Part shown: one piece after another, positions 1-8,828 of the stretch
Layout: the number at the start of each line of letters is the position of its first letter
How positions within the stretch are numbered: position 1 is the stretch's first letter
Sequence record: PV467749.1
DNA: 64,000 nucleotides
DNA from: a phage
Strand: one strand, 5' to 3'
Notes under the pieces: generated by a model
Seen by the model: the letters and a program-made list of their open reading frames with translations, nothing else
Databases searched by the model: none
What the model was told of the DNA's origin: nothing
Made by a program: the position numbers and the translations under genes

Positions 1-203
1 AACTTTTCTGGATACATTTCGTAATAGAAACGGTTCTTCCAAAATGTTTCACGATTCTTTTTGTTGAATTCAGCTAAATCGAATTTCATCTTACTGTGGA
101 AACGGTCTATACCGTCATGTTCCGCAATGTACTCTAACAGATTATCAATAATCTCAACTTTACCTGAATCATGGTACAACGTAAATGTTTGGTCAAAAAA
201 CAT
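1..203 (-). CDS. hypothetical protein, N-terminal part (gene runs off the left edge)
   Basis: ATG at 201-203 with GGAG 6 nt upstream; frame open to base 1 (MFFDQTFTLYHDSGKVEIIDNLLEY...). Confidence 0.5.
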   Translation of the reverse strand, partial: MFFDQTFTLYHDSGKVEIIDNLLEYIAEHDGIDRFHSKMKFDLAEFNKKNRETFWKNRFYYEMYPEK

Positions 204-293
204 ATATTTCTCCTTTAAGTTAAACTAACCTAATGGAATGTCATTCTTCCTTTACTACATGTTCTCATGGTTTAATCCTTTTGTCAATATATA

Positions 294-324
294 GAAAGAA
301 AAAATCCCTGCCAAAAGACAGGGA
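294..324 (-). terminator. intrinsic terminator
   Basis: Stem TCCCTG/CAGGGA (305-324) followed on the minus strand by a T-run; lies downstream of CDS 420..617. Confidence 0.6.
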
Positions 325-419
325 TGAAAAACTGAAATAACACATGGAGTTCTTTTTAAATTAATAAAAAGTATTATTATTCTTATGAAAGTATTTATCA
401 TGAACTCCAGTTTATTGCT

Positions 420-617
420 TCAAATGCCCCAATAACCTTTTTGTGCTACTATCTCACGGTATTGAGCACGAGTTAGAACACCTTGTTTACGTAGAGCTTG
501 AAGACCTGATAGGGTTTCTGCTTTACGTAGTTCGTAATTGCGTTGTTCTTTAGATTGAATAACTTTAACTTTCTTAACTTTTGCTACTGGTTCTTTTTTC
601 TTAGGTTGCTTTGCCAT
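420..617 (-). CDS. small Lys-rich basic protein, unknown function
   Basis: 65 aa, MAKQPKKKEPVAKVKKVKV...; GGAG-type RBS; sits between a promoter and a terminator. Confidence 0.55.
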   Translation of the reverse strand: MAKQPKKKEPVAKVKKVKVIQSKEQRNYELRKAETLSGLQALRKQGVLTRAQYREIVAQKGYWGI

Positions 618-647
618 GAGTATTTCTCCTTTGTTGTTAACAATATT

Positions 648-675
648 ATTATATCATGTATGGGACGAATGTCCC
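648..675 (-). promoter_or_regulatory. sigma70-like promoter with extended -10
   Basis: Minus strand GGGACA-N16-TATAAT with TGA immediately upstream of the -10. Confidence 0.5.
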
Positions 676-680
676 ATACA
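657..680 (-). promoter_or_regulatory. perfect 10-bp stem-loop just after the phoH stop
   Basis: TGTATGGGAC-GAAT-GTCCCATACA; no U-run follows, so not a canonical terminator; overlaps the -35 of the promoter. Confidence 0.45.
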
Positions 681-683
681 TTA

Positions 684-2123
684 TTACATATTTTCTTCAG
701 CAAATTCTGCCAGTGGTGAACGAACGACACCTTCTAGTTCGATTACACGACAACCGTCCCAGTTCTTGAACTTCTCGGTAACATAAGTTAGACCGCTGTT
801 AACTGGACTAATGAATTTAGAGTCAATCTGGCTCAAGTTGCCCATAATAACCACTTTACAGTTCATTCCTGCACGAGTCAGGATTGTTTTAGCCTGAGCA
901 GGAGTAATGTTCTGGAATTCATCCACTACTAGGATAGTGTTTGTGAAAGAACGCCCACGAACGAAGTTTAGTGCTTTGAACTGGATAACATTACGTTTCA
1001 TGATTTCTTCGATACTGCCTTGTGGGTTAGCATCATCTTTGTGTAGGAATTCCAACGCATCAATGGCAGCTCCACAGAATGGAATCACCTTCTCTGCCTC
1101 AGAACCTGGCAAGAAACCAATGTCTTCGAATTGGGAATCTTGTGTTTTGGAGAAGATGATACGGTCGTATTTTTTCTTCTCTAGTACTAGCTCCAGTGCA
1201 GTAGCAATGGTGATCAATGTTTTACCAGTACCTGCGGAACCCAACAGTACTGTTAGATGAACATCAGGATCTAGAATACTGTTGATTGCTAGTGCTTGCT
1301 GAATATTCTTAGCCTTGATACCCCACACTTTAGCACGTAAAGCGACTGATTGTCCAACGTCTTGGAATACAAGAATATCTTCTGGTGTTAAAGTACCATC
1401 GTCTTCTTCAATTGCCGATTGACCTTCGTACACAAATAGAACATCAGCATTATCATATAGGTAATCACCGATGCAAATATTTTGTGGCATGATATGTTCA
1501 ATCAAGCTTTTTGGAATGTAGTGATACAAACGGCGACCAACTTGTTCAGATTGGATAGACACATCAGTTAGATTGCTATACACATCCCAAAAATCTAGGT
1601 CGAGGTGATGTTGACCAATGTGAATCAAATCACTATCACCAATCACGATATCATGACGGTAATCTTGAACTTCTACTCCGTAGCTTAGAGCCTTGATACG
1701 CATATTGATATCACGGGTAACCAGTACTGAATCAGTTGCTAATGCTACTAAAATGATTTTATCATCTGGTACTGTGCTTTTTAGAAGAGTTTGAACTTTC
1801 TCTTCGTTACCAGCAGTACGAATTAGTGCTTCAGCTTCTTCGCTTGTAATAACAAACAATTTGCTTTCAGGACTCATATTAGTATGAACATCAGCAATAT
1901 TAACACCAGTACTACTAATTTCTTCATGTGATGCATCAGAAAGGATTGCTTCAATGTTACGGATTGCAACACGAGCATCACGGGAAACATCCACATTACG
2001 ACTTTTGATTGAATCCAATTCTTCAAGTACTGTGAACGGTAGAATGATAGCTGCTCCATCAAAAGCAATGGTAGCATTTGGATCAGATAGTAGTACGTTT
2101 GTGTCAATTGTATATTTTTTCAT
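684..2123 (-). CDS. phoH: PhoH-like ATPase with N-terminal PIN domain
   Basis: 479 aa; N-terminal YTIDTNVLLSDPNA (PIN-like); Walker A GSAGTGKT; PhoH-type FLPGSEAEKVIPF. Confidence 0.9.
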   Translation of the reverse strand: MKKYTIDTNVLLSDPNATIAFDGAAIILPFTVLEELDSIKSRNVDVSRDARVAIRNIEAILSDASHEEISSTGVNIADVHTNMSPESKLFVITSEEAEALIRTAGNEEKVQTLLKSTVPDDKIILVALATDSVLVTRDINMRIKALSYGVEVQDYRHDIVIGDSDLIHIGQHHLDLDFWDVYSNLTDVSIQSEQVGRRLYHYIPKSLIEHIMPQNICIGDYLYDNADVLFVYEGQSAIEEDDGTLTPEDILVFQDVGQSVALRAKVWGIKAKNIQQALAINSILDPDVHLTVLLGSAGTGKTLITIATALELVLEKKKYDRIIFSKTQDSQFEDIGFLPGSEAEKVIPFCGAAIDALEFLHKDDANPQGSIEEIMKRNVIQFKALNFVRGRSFTNTILVVDEFQNITPAQAKTILTRAGMNCKVVIMGNLSQIDSKFISPVNSGLTYVTEKFKNWDGCRVIELEGVVRSPLAEFAEENM

Positions 2124-2184
2124 AAAACATCCTTGAGTTATGAGTACATCCTTGTACTCGACTAATGGTTAGTGACTCGGAATA

Positions 2185-2487
2185 TTACATGCTCGGTTCG
2201 TATTCAACATAACATCTTGAACCACGAGCCTTTTCCTCCCAGCATTCCTGGTAAACTAGTTGACCAATTGATACTGGATCTCTTGATAACCCATTACGAA
2301 CTTCACCAGTACTGGTTTTATAAGTAAATGAGCATTTATTTTCATTACATTGACCTAATCCTATTACAGTCGCTGTATTGTAATGAATATTATAACGTTT
2401 AGTGTTCTCATGATATGAACTGAACCATAGAACACCTATACCTAACAGTGTTGTGCAAATAAGACTCTTGATATGTGTTGAAATCAT
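2185..2487 (-). CDS. hypothetical secreted or membrane-anchored protein
   Basis: 100 aa; N-terminal hydrophobic segment LICTTLLGIGVLWF; 4-nt overlap with the upstream gene. Confidence 0.6.
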   Translation of the reverse strand: MISTHIKSLICTTLLGIGVLWFSSYHENTKRYNIHYNTATVIGLGQCNENKCSFTYKTSTGEVRNGLSRDPVSIGQLVYQECWEEKARGSRCYVEYEPSM

Positions 2488-2804
2488 AGTGCATTAAATC
2501 CATTAGTTAAGTAAGTTTCAATATTAACTTTCCCTACTGGATTACTACTATGTACATAGTATTTAAATGGTTCTTTAATATTATGCTCAAACATATAATC
2601 AATTAGAAATTTGGCAAAAGTGTATCCAGTTTTCTCATCTGTACTCAAGTCACCCAAGTCATGGTCAAATGAGACAAATGCTGGAATTCCATTTTTGATT
2701 ACGTATTCACATGCACTTTCGTAGTCACGACACAATACCATCTCTTGGTCAGGATAATATTTTTGATAATCACGAATATCATCCAAGAACATTGAGTACG
2801 ACAT
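2484..2804 (-). CDS. receiver-fold protein (resembles cyclic-phosphate-processing REC, cREC)
   Basis: 106 aa; FLDDIR near the N-terminus and SFDHDLG signature; family assigned from memory of the signature, not from a search. Confidence 0.5.
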   Translation of the reverse strand: MSYSMFLDDIRDYQKYYPDQEMVLCRDYESACEYVIKNGIPAFVSFDHDLGDLSTDEKTGYTFAKFLIDYMFEHNIKEPFKYYVHSSNPVGKVNIETYLTNGFNAL

Positions 2805-2813
2805 TTTAAACTC

Positions 2814-3365
2814 CTATAGATAGCTGATTAGTAAGTTTTCTTTTTGTACAAGATACTCTAATTCTTGTTTCGCAGTTCCGATGAAGTTCTGTGTCATAAG
2901 ATTATTATATCCTGCTTCTCGATTTTGTCCCTTCGAATAACGAGAGATGTGACATAAATTTACACCAGCCACCTCTGCACTAGCATGTTTGCCATATGCA
3001 TAATTATCACGAAGTTTTTTAAGTTCAGCATAAGTCATTTCATAACTATAGCTATGTGAGTGACCCTCTGGAAACAATTCAAGTGATTTTAATGGAGACA
3101 GGCGACTTTTGTCAATGATATAGTTCATTTCTTCTTGAACTTCACGCTGTAACGCATCTTCTAATGACTTATCAGTACTTTCAACTGTTCCACCACATGC
3201 ACCCAACAATCCATCCCAACGCACTTGTAGGAGTACTAAGTTAACCACTGGGATATCATTTAGTTCATAACCAGCGTATGGGGTACATTCTTTTGCATAA
3301 AAGAAACAGAATACAAAATTTGCACGTTTCCCCAGTTGTCCCAGTGGTACTTCAGCTTTACTCAT
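2814..3365 (-). CDS. Nudix-like hydrolase
   Basis: 183 aa; GGTVESTDKSLEDALQREVQEEMN resembles the Nudix box GX5EX7REUXEEXGU with a one-residue insertion. Confidence 0.6.
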   Translation of the reverse strand: MSKAEVPLGQLGKRANFVFCFFYAKECTPYAGYELNDIPVVNLVLLQVRWDGLLGACGGTVESTDKSLEDALQREVQEEMNYIIDKSRLSPLKSLELFPEGHSHSYSYEMTYAELKKLRDNYAYGKHASAEVAGVNLCHISRYSKGQNREAGYNNLMTQNFIGTAKQELEYLVQKENLLISYL

Positions 3366-4114
3366 CGCATTCGTTCCTTAATTATAGTTTCAACCTGTGG
3401 AATTGCTTTCGTCGCAGGTTTGATGACTTTCTCATTAAAAAGAAAATCATTATCATTTTTTCGGATGTTAACATTTACACTATAGCATGGAAGTGCACCA
3501 GCTAGTCTGGACCATACCAGTACTGTATCACTACTTCCAATAACTACAACTGTATCATTTTCTGTGAGACTTTTCAACACTTCATTTCGTTCTTCATAAA
3601 TGGGGAGACGTACCCCATCAACGTAGCGATGATACTCACCAATCATCACTACATTTGGTTTTGCAAAAACATCAGCTTTAGGGATATATGGTTCATAACC
3701 ACAATTAATGACATTGTAATCATCGGTATTAATAGAAAAGTTCTCAATTACTTCACATAAATTGCCGTGTAGTTTGAGTTCGGTTCCACCAATTCTAGTA
3801 TATAGATCATCCATATTAGAAGTCATGTGTAAAAAACAATCACCATACAAATCTTCTAATGATTTAATAAAGTAATGCATTTCATTAGGATGACATTCAC
3901 CTAATTTTACACGCAATGTATTATAAAATGAATGAACTATATGATACTTAGAACTAAGTCGTGCAATGTTACAAACATCATTAATTTTGAAATTGTCCCA
4001 CAACCCATCATCAAAGCGGAATGGTTCCATCCCGCTCTCAACTGAAAGACCTGCCCCTGAAATTATAAGTAATCTTTTGTTCCCAGCATTTTGTATAAAT
4101 TTATCTGATATCAC
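3362..4114 (-). CDS. Sir2-family NAD-dependent protein
   Basis: 250 aa; GAGLSVESGMEPFR (GAGxSxxSGIPxFR-type NAD site) and HGN catalytic-His context; ATGA overlap with the Nudix-like gene. Confidence 0.8.
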   Translation of the reverse strand: MISDKFIQNAGNKRLLIISGAGLSVESGMEPFRFDDGLWDNFKINDVCNIARLSSKYHIVHSFYNTLRVKLGECHPNEMHYFIKSLEDLYGDCFLHMTSNMDDLYTRIGGTELKLHGNLCEVIENFSINTDDYNVINCGYEPYIPKADVFAKPNVVMIGEYHRYVDGVRLPIYEERNEVLKSLTENDTVVVIGSSDTVLVWSRLAGALPCYSVNVNIRKNDNDFLFNEKVIKPATKAIPQVETIIKERMR

Positions 4115-4123
4115 ATTTACTCC

Positions 4124-4315
4124 TTATATAAAAAGTATCAAGTTTAATACTAAAAATACAATGATAGCAATATGATAGACATACATCCACTTATTGTGTC
4201 CATGTTTATTACCATTCCTGAATTCTCGGTATAAACATTTAGTATGATTGTATAACACCACACAAATAAACACAACTATGAAACAAAAAATCCACTCGTA
4301 AACTATGTATGCCAT
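4124..4315 (-). CDS. small membrane protein
   Basis: 63 aa; two hydrophobic segments (IFCFIVVFICVVL, IAIIVFLVLNLILFI). Confidence 0.5.
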   Translation of the reverse strand: MAYIVYEWIFCFIVVFICVVLYNHTKCLYREFRNGNKHGHNKWMYVYHIAIIVFLVLNLILFI

Positions 4316-4346
4316 CAGATATACTCTCTCTTTATAATTATTATTC

Positions 4347-4940
4347 TCAGTATTTCAAAATATCAAACTCTGGACTAACACTTGTTACATTATCACTGAC
4401 AATTTTGAAAATAGACTCAACACGTTCATGTAACTGAACATTGGTTTCTTCTTGAACTTCAATATACGCTGACATGGATGCAATTGCATGATAAGTCCCA
4501 CTTCCGACAGCAGTAATTTGTGTTTTAGGTTGCAGTACTGAAAAGTCTTCTTGAACTTCATAAATCGTATGATTATGAAGAATAATGAACTGACCACCAC
4601 CAACGTCTTGTGATGCATCACGAGCACCCCATTCATCTTTAAACATTTGACGAATGATAGGAATAACTTTCAGTACTAGATACTGTGAAAAGGTTTCCCC
4701 TGCAACTTGTTCTGGTAGAGTTAGGTTGTAATTCAACAACTGTCCCATGCGGAACGAGGTAGTATACCCCAACGCCATTACTTCTTTAGTGCGAGTAAGA
4801 CCATCCTCATTGAGTTTAATGAACTCTTTCTCAAACACTTTAGGCTCAGTTTGAACTGCTTTAGTGAAACCATTGCTTCCTAATTTATCACCAGCGATGA
4901 AGGAAGATGTGCCATTTGTGTGAGCGATAATACAAGTCAT
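4347..4940 (-). CDS. HslV/proteasome-beta-like Ntn hydrolase
   Basis: Start moved to ATG 4940 (GGAG RBS, ATGA overlap with the upstream stop), giving MTCIIAHTNG...; N-terminal Thr after Met, GD, conserved Lys, GSGTYHAIAS like HslV GSGG. Confidence 0.55.
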   Translation of the reverse strand: MTCIIAHTNGTSSFIAGDKLGSNGFTKAVQTEPKVFEKEFIKLNEDGLTRTKEVMALGYTTSFRMGQLLNYNLTLPEQVAGETFSQYLVLKVIPIIRQMFKDEWGARDASQDVGGGQFIILHNHTIYEVQEDFSVLQPKTQITAVGSGTYHAIASMSAYIEVQEETNVQLHERVESIFKIVSDNVTSVSPEFDILKY

Positions 4941-5197
4941 GAAATAACTCCTTGTGCAAAAAGTGCCGTATACAACCAGTATATCAGCAACCCTAGTGTA
5001 AGTAAACATGCTCCGTAAGAAATTGATAGAACATAGTAAATTCCTGCTTCTAACTTGGATGCAAATTTGTGTGTACTGGAATCCATAAAACCACGTTTGT
5101 AGTCTTTATAGATGAAACATGTTAAAACTAATGTAATGCAATATACAATAGTTGTTGCATAAAAAACAAGAGATGTTAAGTTTTGTAAATTTGTCAT
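4937..5197 (-). CDS. membrane protein
   Basis: 86 aa with 2-3 hydrophobic helices; translationally coupled to the Ntn hydrolase gene. Confidence 0.55.
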   Translation of the reverse strand: MTNLQNLTSLVFYATTIVYCITLVLTCFIYKDYKRGFMDSSTHKFASKLEAGIYYVLSISYGACLLTLGLLIYWLYTALFAQGVIS

Positions 5198-5289
5198 AGT
5201 TTATACACTCCTAGTGTATGTGAACTTATAACAAAGGATGTACCACTTTATCATCCTCTTATTATAATATTATTATTTTGTATCTAATA

Positions 5290-5898
5290 CTAATGAATGA
5301 TACTACCTAATTCGAGCAACTGATCTGGTGTAAGTCTCACAACTTCATTACCACGAACCTTACTAACCTCCACTAACAATTCTGGAGGAATACCATTCGC
5401 TGCATATAACGCAAATAGAACACCAACCTTAGTTGATAGCTGTTCAGCAAAAATAGTCATTTGGCGAACTGATATGTATGTGTCATCACTATTTCGTGCT
5501 TTACTTTCGATTGACACATTATGTAGACCTAGAATTGAGTCCTTCATCATGTATCTGTTTTCTATATTAGCACTAAAGAATGCGATAGTGCAAGAAGAAT
5601 TACAATATCTTTCAACAATAATTGTTAAATTGTTATCATTGACAAAATTTCCTAGTGCCACTCCCGCATCAAAATCACCACCAGGTGACGTAATGATGAT
5701 AGTGTCAAATGGGTGTGTTTCTCTAAAAACCATCAAACGGTTTACAGTATTTTCAGTTAAAGTTGAAATGAACTGAACTGTCTGTTTAGATTCATCATAT
5801 CTAATGATACTTTTTCTTTCAACACCTGCACTTGCAGGAAAGTTAATTAAGAAAATAATAATAATAGATTGGATGATTTCTTTACATAATCGTACCAC
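5290..5898 (-). CDS. secreted ClpP/crotonase-fold protein (possible serine protease)
   Basis: 202 aa; GTG start with GAGGG RBS; signal-like N-terminus ending ASAG; IIITSPGGDFDAG motif typical of ClpP/S49-type folds. Confidence 0.45.
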   Translation of the reverse strand: MVRLCKEIIQSIIIIFLINFPASAGVERKSIIRYDESKQTVQFISTLTENTVNRLMVFRETHPFDTIIITSPGGDFDAGVALGNFVNDNNLTIIVERYCNSSCTIAFFSANIENRYMMKDSILGLHNVSIESKARNSDDTYISVRQMTIFAEQLSTKVGVLFALYAANGIPPELLVEVSKVRGNEVVRLTPDQLLELGSIIH

Positions 5899-6033
5899 TG
5901 GTTAACCCTCTTAGTTGATTGTTGATTACATAAATAATATTATAGGAAGATTTAACTTAAGTCAAATTGTTTTTTATATCACTTCACAAATTCCCTCACA
6001 GAATCACCCCGCCTTTTTACCTTCTTTTGAATG

Positions 6034-6061
6034 ATTATATCACACTAATGTATAATGTCTA
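6034..6061 (-). promoter_or_regulatory. sigma70-like promoter with extended -10
   Basis: Minus strand TAGACA-N16-TATAAT with TGA upstream of the -10. Confidence 0.55.
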
Positions 6062-6150
6062 TGCTTTTGTCAACAAATAACGTGGTAGTACTGAACTCGT
6101 TGTTGGTTCTAAGAGTTTTCCTGAAATTCAAATTATCGTGTACTAACAAA

Positions 6151-6180
6151 AGAAAAAGGAGCCTTATGGCTCCTTTTTTT
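6151..6180 (-). terminator. intrinsic terminator
   Basis: GGAGCC-TTAT-GGCTCC flanked by A-run and T-run; immediately after the stop of 6179..6445. Confidence 0.75.
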
Positions 6181-6445
6181 ATTCTACAGTATTAAGCTTC
6201 TGACAAATCATGTCAGCTTCAACACGGTCTTTATAATAAATGGTAAAACCAAATTTACCAGTTACTTTATACTCTTTACAAGTTAAACAATTTACAATGT
6301 AGTACTTGTTGTTTTGTGCTGAAAATCGTACTTCATGATTACGCATCACTGGTGGAGTAGTATTATCATTTAATACCATCATCACTAAGAGTACAAGAAT
6401 CACAACTGCAAATGGAATACCTAAAATCAAGAAAGTCAAAGTCAC
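6179..6445 (-). CDS. membrane-anchored hypothetical protein
   Basis: 88 aa; N-terminal TM segment LTFLILGIPFAVVILVLLVMMVL. Confidence 0.6.
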   Translation of the reverse strand: MTLTFLILGIPFAVVILVLLVMMVLNDNTTPPVMRNHEVRFSAQNNKYYIVNCLTCKEYKVTGKFGFTIYYKDRVEADMICQKLNTVE

Positions 6446-6918
6446 AACCCCTTATCATAAATGCAATTTACAATAATCCCAGCATCTTCCAGTACTTTAA
6501 TAGCTTCTGGTGGAGTGCGAGGATAACTTTTGTGATAAATCACGCGAGCAATACCACTTCCCGCGATCAACTTAGAACAAGTATAGCATGGTTGCAGCGT
6601 TGTGTAAAGTGTTGCTCCCTGACGTTCGGTAGGTGAACTGTATAACAATGCATTCATTTCAGCATGGATTTCATGGATATTACTCCATTCATGGTGTTCA
6701 TGCTTTGCGTCATCGCTAACCCAGTCTTGGAAACGTCCACCATTAACTAAGTGCTCATTAGCGTCACAGCAGTTAGGTTGTTTAGATGGAGTGCCATTAT
6801 AACCAGTACTCAATACTCGGTTATTTTTAACAATAACACAACCAACTTTCTGTGAAATGCATTTACTCTCTTCAGCCACGACTTCGGCTATCTTCAACCA
6901 CGTCAAGTGTTTCATCAT
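6442..6918 (-). CDS. dCMP (deoxycytidylate) deaminase
   Basis: 158 aa; zinc-binding motifs HAEMNAL and PCYTCSKLI. Confidence 0.9.
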   Translation of the reverse strand: MMKHLTWLKIAEVVAEESKCISQKVGCVIVKNNRVLSTGYNGTPSKQPNCCDANEHLVNGGRFQDWVSDDAKHEHHEWSNIHEIHAEMNALLYSSPTERQGATLYTTLQPCYTCSKLIAGSGIARVIYHKSYPRTPPEAIKVLEDAGIIVNCIYDKGL

Positions 6919-7399
6919 ATACTCCTAGGGATTGTAATTTGGTTTTACAGTTCGAATGTATTTTAAGAACACGAAGGTAGTTTAGCACATCTGATTCTTC
7001 AATGTCAAATGGTTTCGCTGCATAAACGTCCCATGCTCCCATTAATTCTGTACAGAACTTGATATCACCCGAACCCAGCAACTTGTCACGGAATTGTTTA
7101 AACTCGATTTCTTCATCGGATAATGAAAAACCCAAATCCATAAAGCACATACCACCAGCACTGAAGCATGACCCAGATGATGTACCAATTAAAATATCAT
7201 CCATCCCATATAAACCGTAAAAAATATTGGAGTACCAAGTACTAAGTTTACTTCGGTGATGATATTTAAGAACATTCTTCTTGATATTTACATCTAATGA
7301 ATTAGCTGATGATATCACTTTTTTGGTTAAAATAATAGTTTTGTTCAAATTACTCAACCATACTTTAGTATCAGTTGGGCTAAGAGCAGTGTATTTCAT
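6872..7399 (-). CDS. hypothetical protein
   Basis: 175-aa ORF; 47-nt overlap with the deaminase start. Confidence 0.6.
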   Translation of the reverse strand: MKYTALSPTDTKVWLSNLNKTIILTKKVISSANSLDVNIKKNVLKYHHRSKLSTWYSNIFYGLYGMDDILIGTSSGSCFSAGGMCFMDLGFSLSDEEIEFKQFRDKLLGSGDIKFCTELMGAWDVYAAKPFDIEESDVLNYLRVLKIHSNCKTKLQSLGVYDETLDVVEDSRSRG

Positions 7400-7400
7400 G

Positions 7401-7925
7401 TTAATCCTCTAAATTCCATTCATCAACCATAGTTGAGCATAATTCCATGTGTCGGAAATATTTCTCATTAAGTGAATATGGACTCTTATAAAATTGTCGT
7501 ACATCAGTGAATATATCATAGTTTCTATATATAAATGACATATTTTTATTCATGAATTCTATAATCTTCCATAACTTTTCTGTATCGTTTCGTATAGTTT
7601 CTGCACTCAATCCCGTCAATTTCATTAGACGCTTGATTTTGAAGCCTGACTCTATTGACGTATTATTATGCTTAGTTAAGTAACTATAGCCGATAGAACT
7701 CTGTATTAGTTCGATACTATCAGTACTGGTTATTGTTCCTAGAAATGATCTTAAATTTCTATTCAACCAATACCATTTTTTGTTCTTGTTATAGTAAGAA
7801 TACCATTTTTTAACTATATCTATTGCCTCTGAATTTAATCTCTCGGCAAATTCATCAATTAAAAACATGTGATTGAAAAATAAATCACTTTGATCTTCAG
7901 ATAATTTATATTGCTGCATATCCAC
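7401..7925 (-). CDS. hypothetical protein
   Basis: 174-aa ORF, tightly packed. Confidence 0.6.
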   Translation of the reverse strand: MDMQQYKLSEDQSDLFFNHMFLIDEFAERLNSEAIDIVKKWYSYYNKNKKWYWLNRNLRSFLGTITSTDSIELIQSSIGYSYLTKHNNTSIESGFKIKRLMKLTGLSAETIRNDTEKLWKIIEFMNKNMSFIYRNYDIFTDVRQFYKSPYSLNEKYFRHMELCSTMVDEWNLED

Positions 7926-8001
7926 CTACCCTATTAACAATTACACCTTGGGTATTTACCTCGTATGGATCAATTTTTGATCAATAATTTTTGATATGCA
8001 G

Positions 8002-8031
8002 CAAATAAAATGGGAATCATGAAAGATTCCC
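8002..8031 (-). terminator. intrinsic terminator
   Basis: GGGAATC-ATGAAA-GATTCCC stem followed on the minus strand by ATTTTATTT; after the stop of 8039..8485. Confidence 0.6.
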
Positions 8032-8038
8032 TAAGTAA

Positions 8039-8485
8039 TTATTTCTGGAATGGAGTGTACTGGTACTGCTCACAATCAGATACAGTTAGTACACCTTCAT
8101 CATAACCGTACTGGAGAATAAGATCAAATGCTTTATCAACCATAGCTACAACGTCTTTGTAACGAACGATGGTATGTGCCTGTTTCTCAACTGCTTTCAT
8201 AATACCCATCAACATCCAGCGACCTTCATCAGTGTGAAGTTTAGCAAAACGAGGACGTTTAGTTGCTGCCATAATGTCAGTCCATTCTGCTTTAAACACT
8301 GATGGACGTTTAGGAATATCATACAGAGTTGTTGGGAATGTTACGTTGTTTTTCTTCATAGCTTCAGCTTGTGCAGCACGATAACCTTGACGGAATAGTG
8401 GGTGCTGTGATTTTAGCTGTTCATTGTTAAAAACTACTTTGTTTTTAAACGCGTCATAACCTTCTTTGTGTTGTGCATTAGACAT
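8039..8485 (-). CDS. hypothetical protein
   Basis: 148-aa ORF. Confidence 0.65.
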   Translation of the reverse strand: MSNAQHKEGYDAFKNKVVFNNEQLKSQHPLFRQGYRAAQAEAMKKNNVTFPTTLYDIPKRPSVFKAEWTDIMAATKRPRFAKLHTDEGRWMLMGIMKAVEKQAHTIVRYKDVVAMVDKAFDLILQYGYDEGVLTVSDCEQYQYTPFQK

Positions 8486-8486
8486 A

Positions 8487-8777
8487 TTATTCTTTCCCCT
8501 CGTCAGTACTGATGAATTTTTTATCTGAGAATGTGCCGTGTTCTTGACGCATAGCTTCTGCGTGTTGAACTGCGTTAATTGGATTAATGTTCTTTTTAAT
8601 AAGAACTTCTTGCATTAATTCGAGAACAATAGAAAAACCATTGAGTACTCGCTCTGCCTCGTCAACACCTTTCAATTCAATAGCCACTGCACTAATCTGA
8701 TCTAATGCGGTATTAATAAACTCTGAATCATCTAACACATCATTGACTTCAGTATTATTACGTACAAGAACTTTCAT
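8487..8777 (-). CDS. hypothetical protein
   Basis: Start moved to ATG 8777 (GGAG RBS), 96 aa: MKVLVRNNTEV... Confidence 0.6.
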   Translation of the reverse strand: MKVLVRNNTEVNDVLDDSEFINTALDQISAVAIELKGVDEAERVLNGFSIVLELMQEVLIKKNINPINAVQHAEAMRQEHGTFSDKKFISTDEGKE

Positions 8778-8828
8778 ATAATCTCCAGAAATAAGATGCC
8801 CCAAATGAGGCATCAAATGAAATTCAAA

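Noticed and set aside
907-1260. All plus-strand ORFs in the track (for example 907..1260, 5474..5776, 12384..12794, 16407..16736, 17117..17458, 18939..19292, 25441..25962, 30253..30546)
   Set aside because: Each lies antisense to a longer, motif-bearing or tightly packed minus-strand gene. They have odd low-complexity translations and no RBS, and look like shadow ORFs typical of AT-rich DNA.
2142-2159. Hairpin GAGTACA-TCCT-TGTACTC upstream of phoH as a terminator
   Set aside because: No U-run follows on the minus strand. It sits in the phoH 5' leader, and its stems are simply two GTAC-containing half-sites. It is noted only as another instance of the GTAC-rich sequence bias.
4941-5009. N-terminal extensions of many track ORFs (for example 4347..5009, 8487..8816, 38161..38799, 42622..43206, 46474..47064, 54780..55406, 55686..56324, 57019..57603, 53635..54048)
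   Set aside because: The extensions overlap the upstream gene, often begin at GTG or TTG, and give implausible hydrophobic leaders. Internal ATGs have good GGAG/AAGGA RBSs, give ATGA or TAATG coupling, and align with the paralogs' N-termini.
6027-6056. Plus-strand promoter-like TTGAAT-N18-TATAAT
   Set aside because: No credible plus-strand gene lies downstream anywhere in the window. It overlaps the better minus-strand promoter at 6034-6061 and is probably fortuitous in AT-rich DNA, or at most an antisense promoter.
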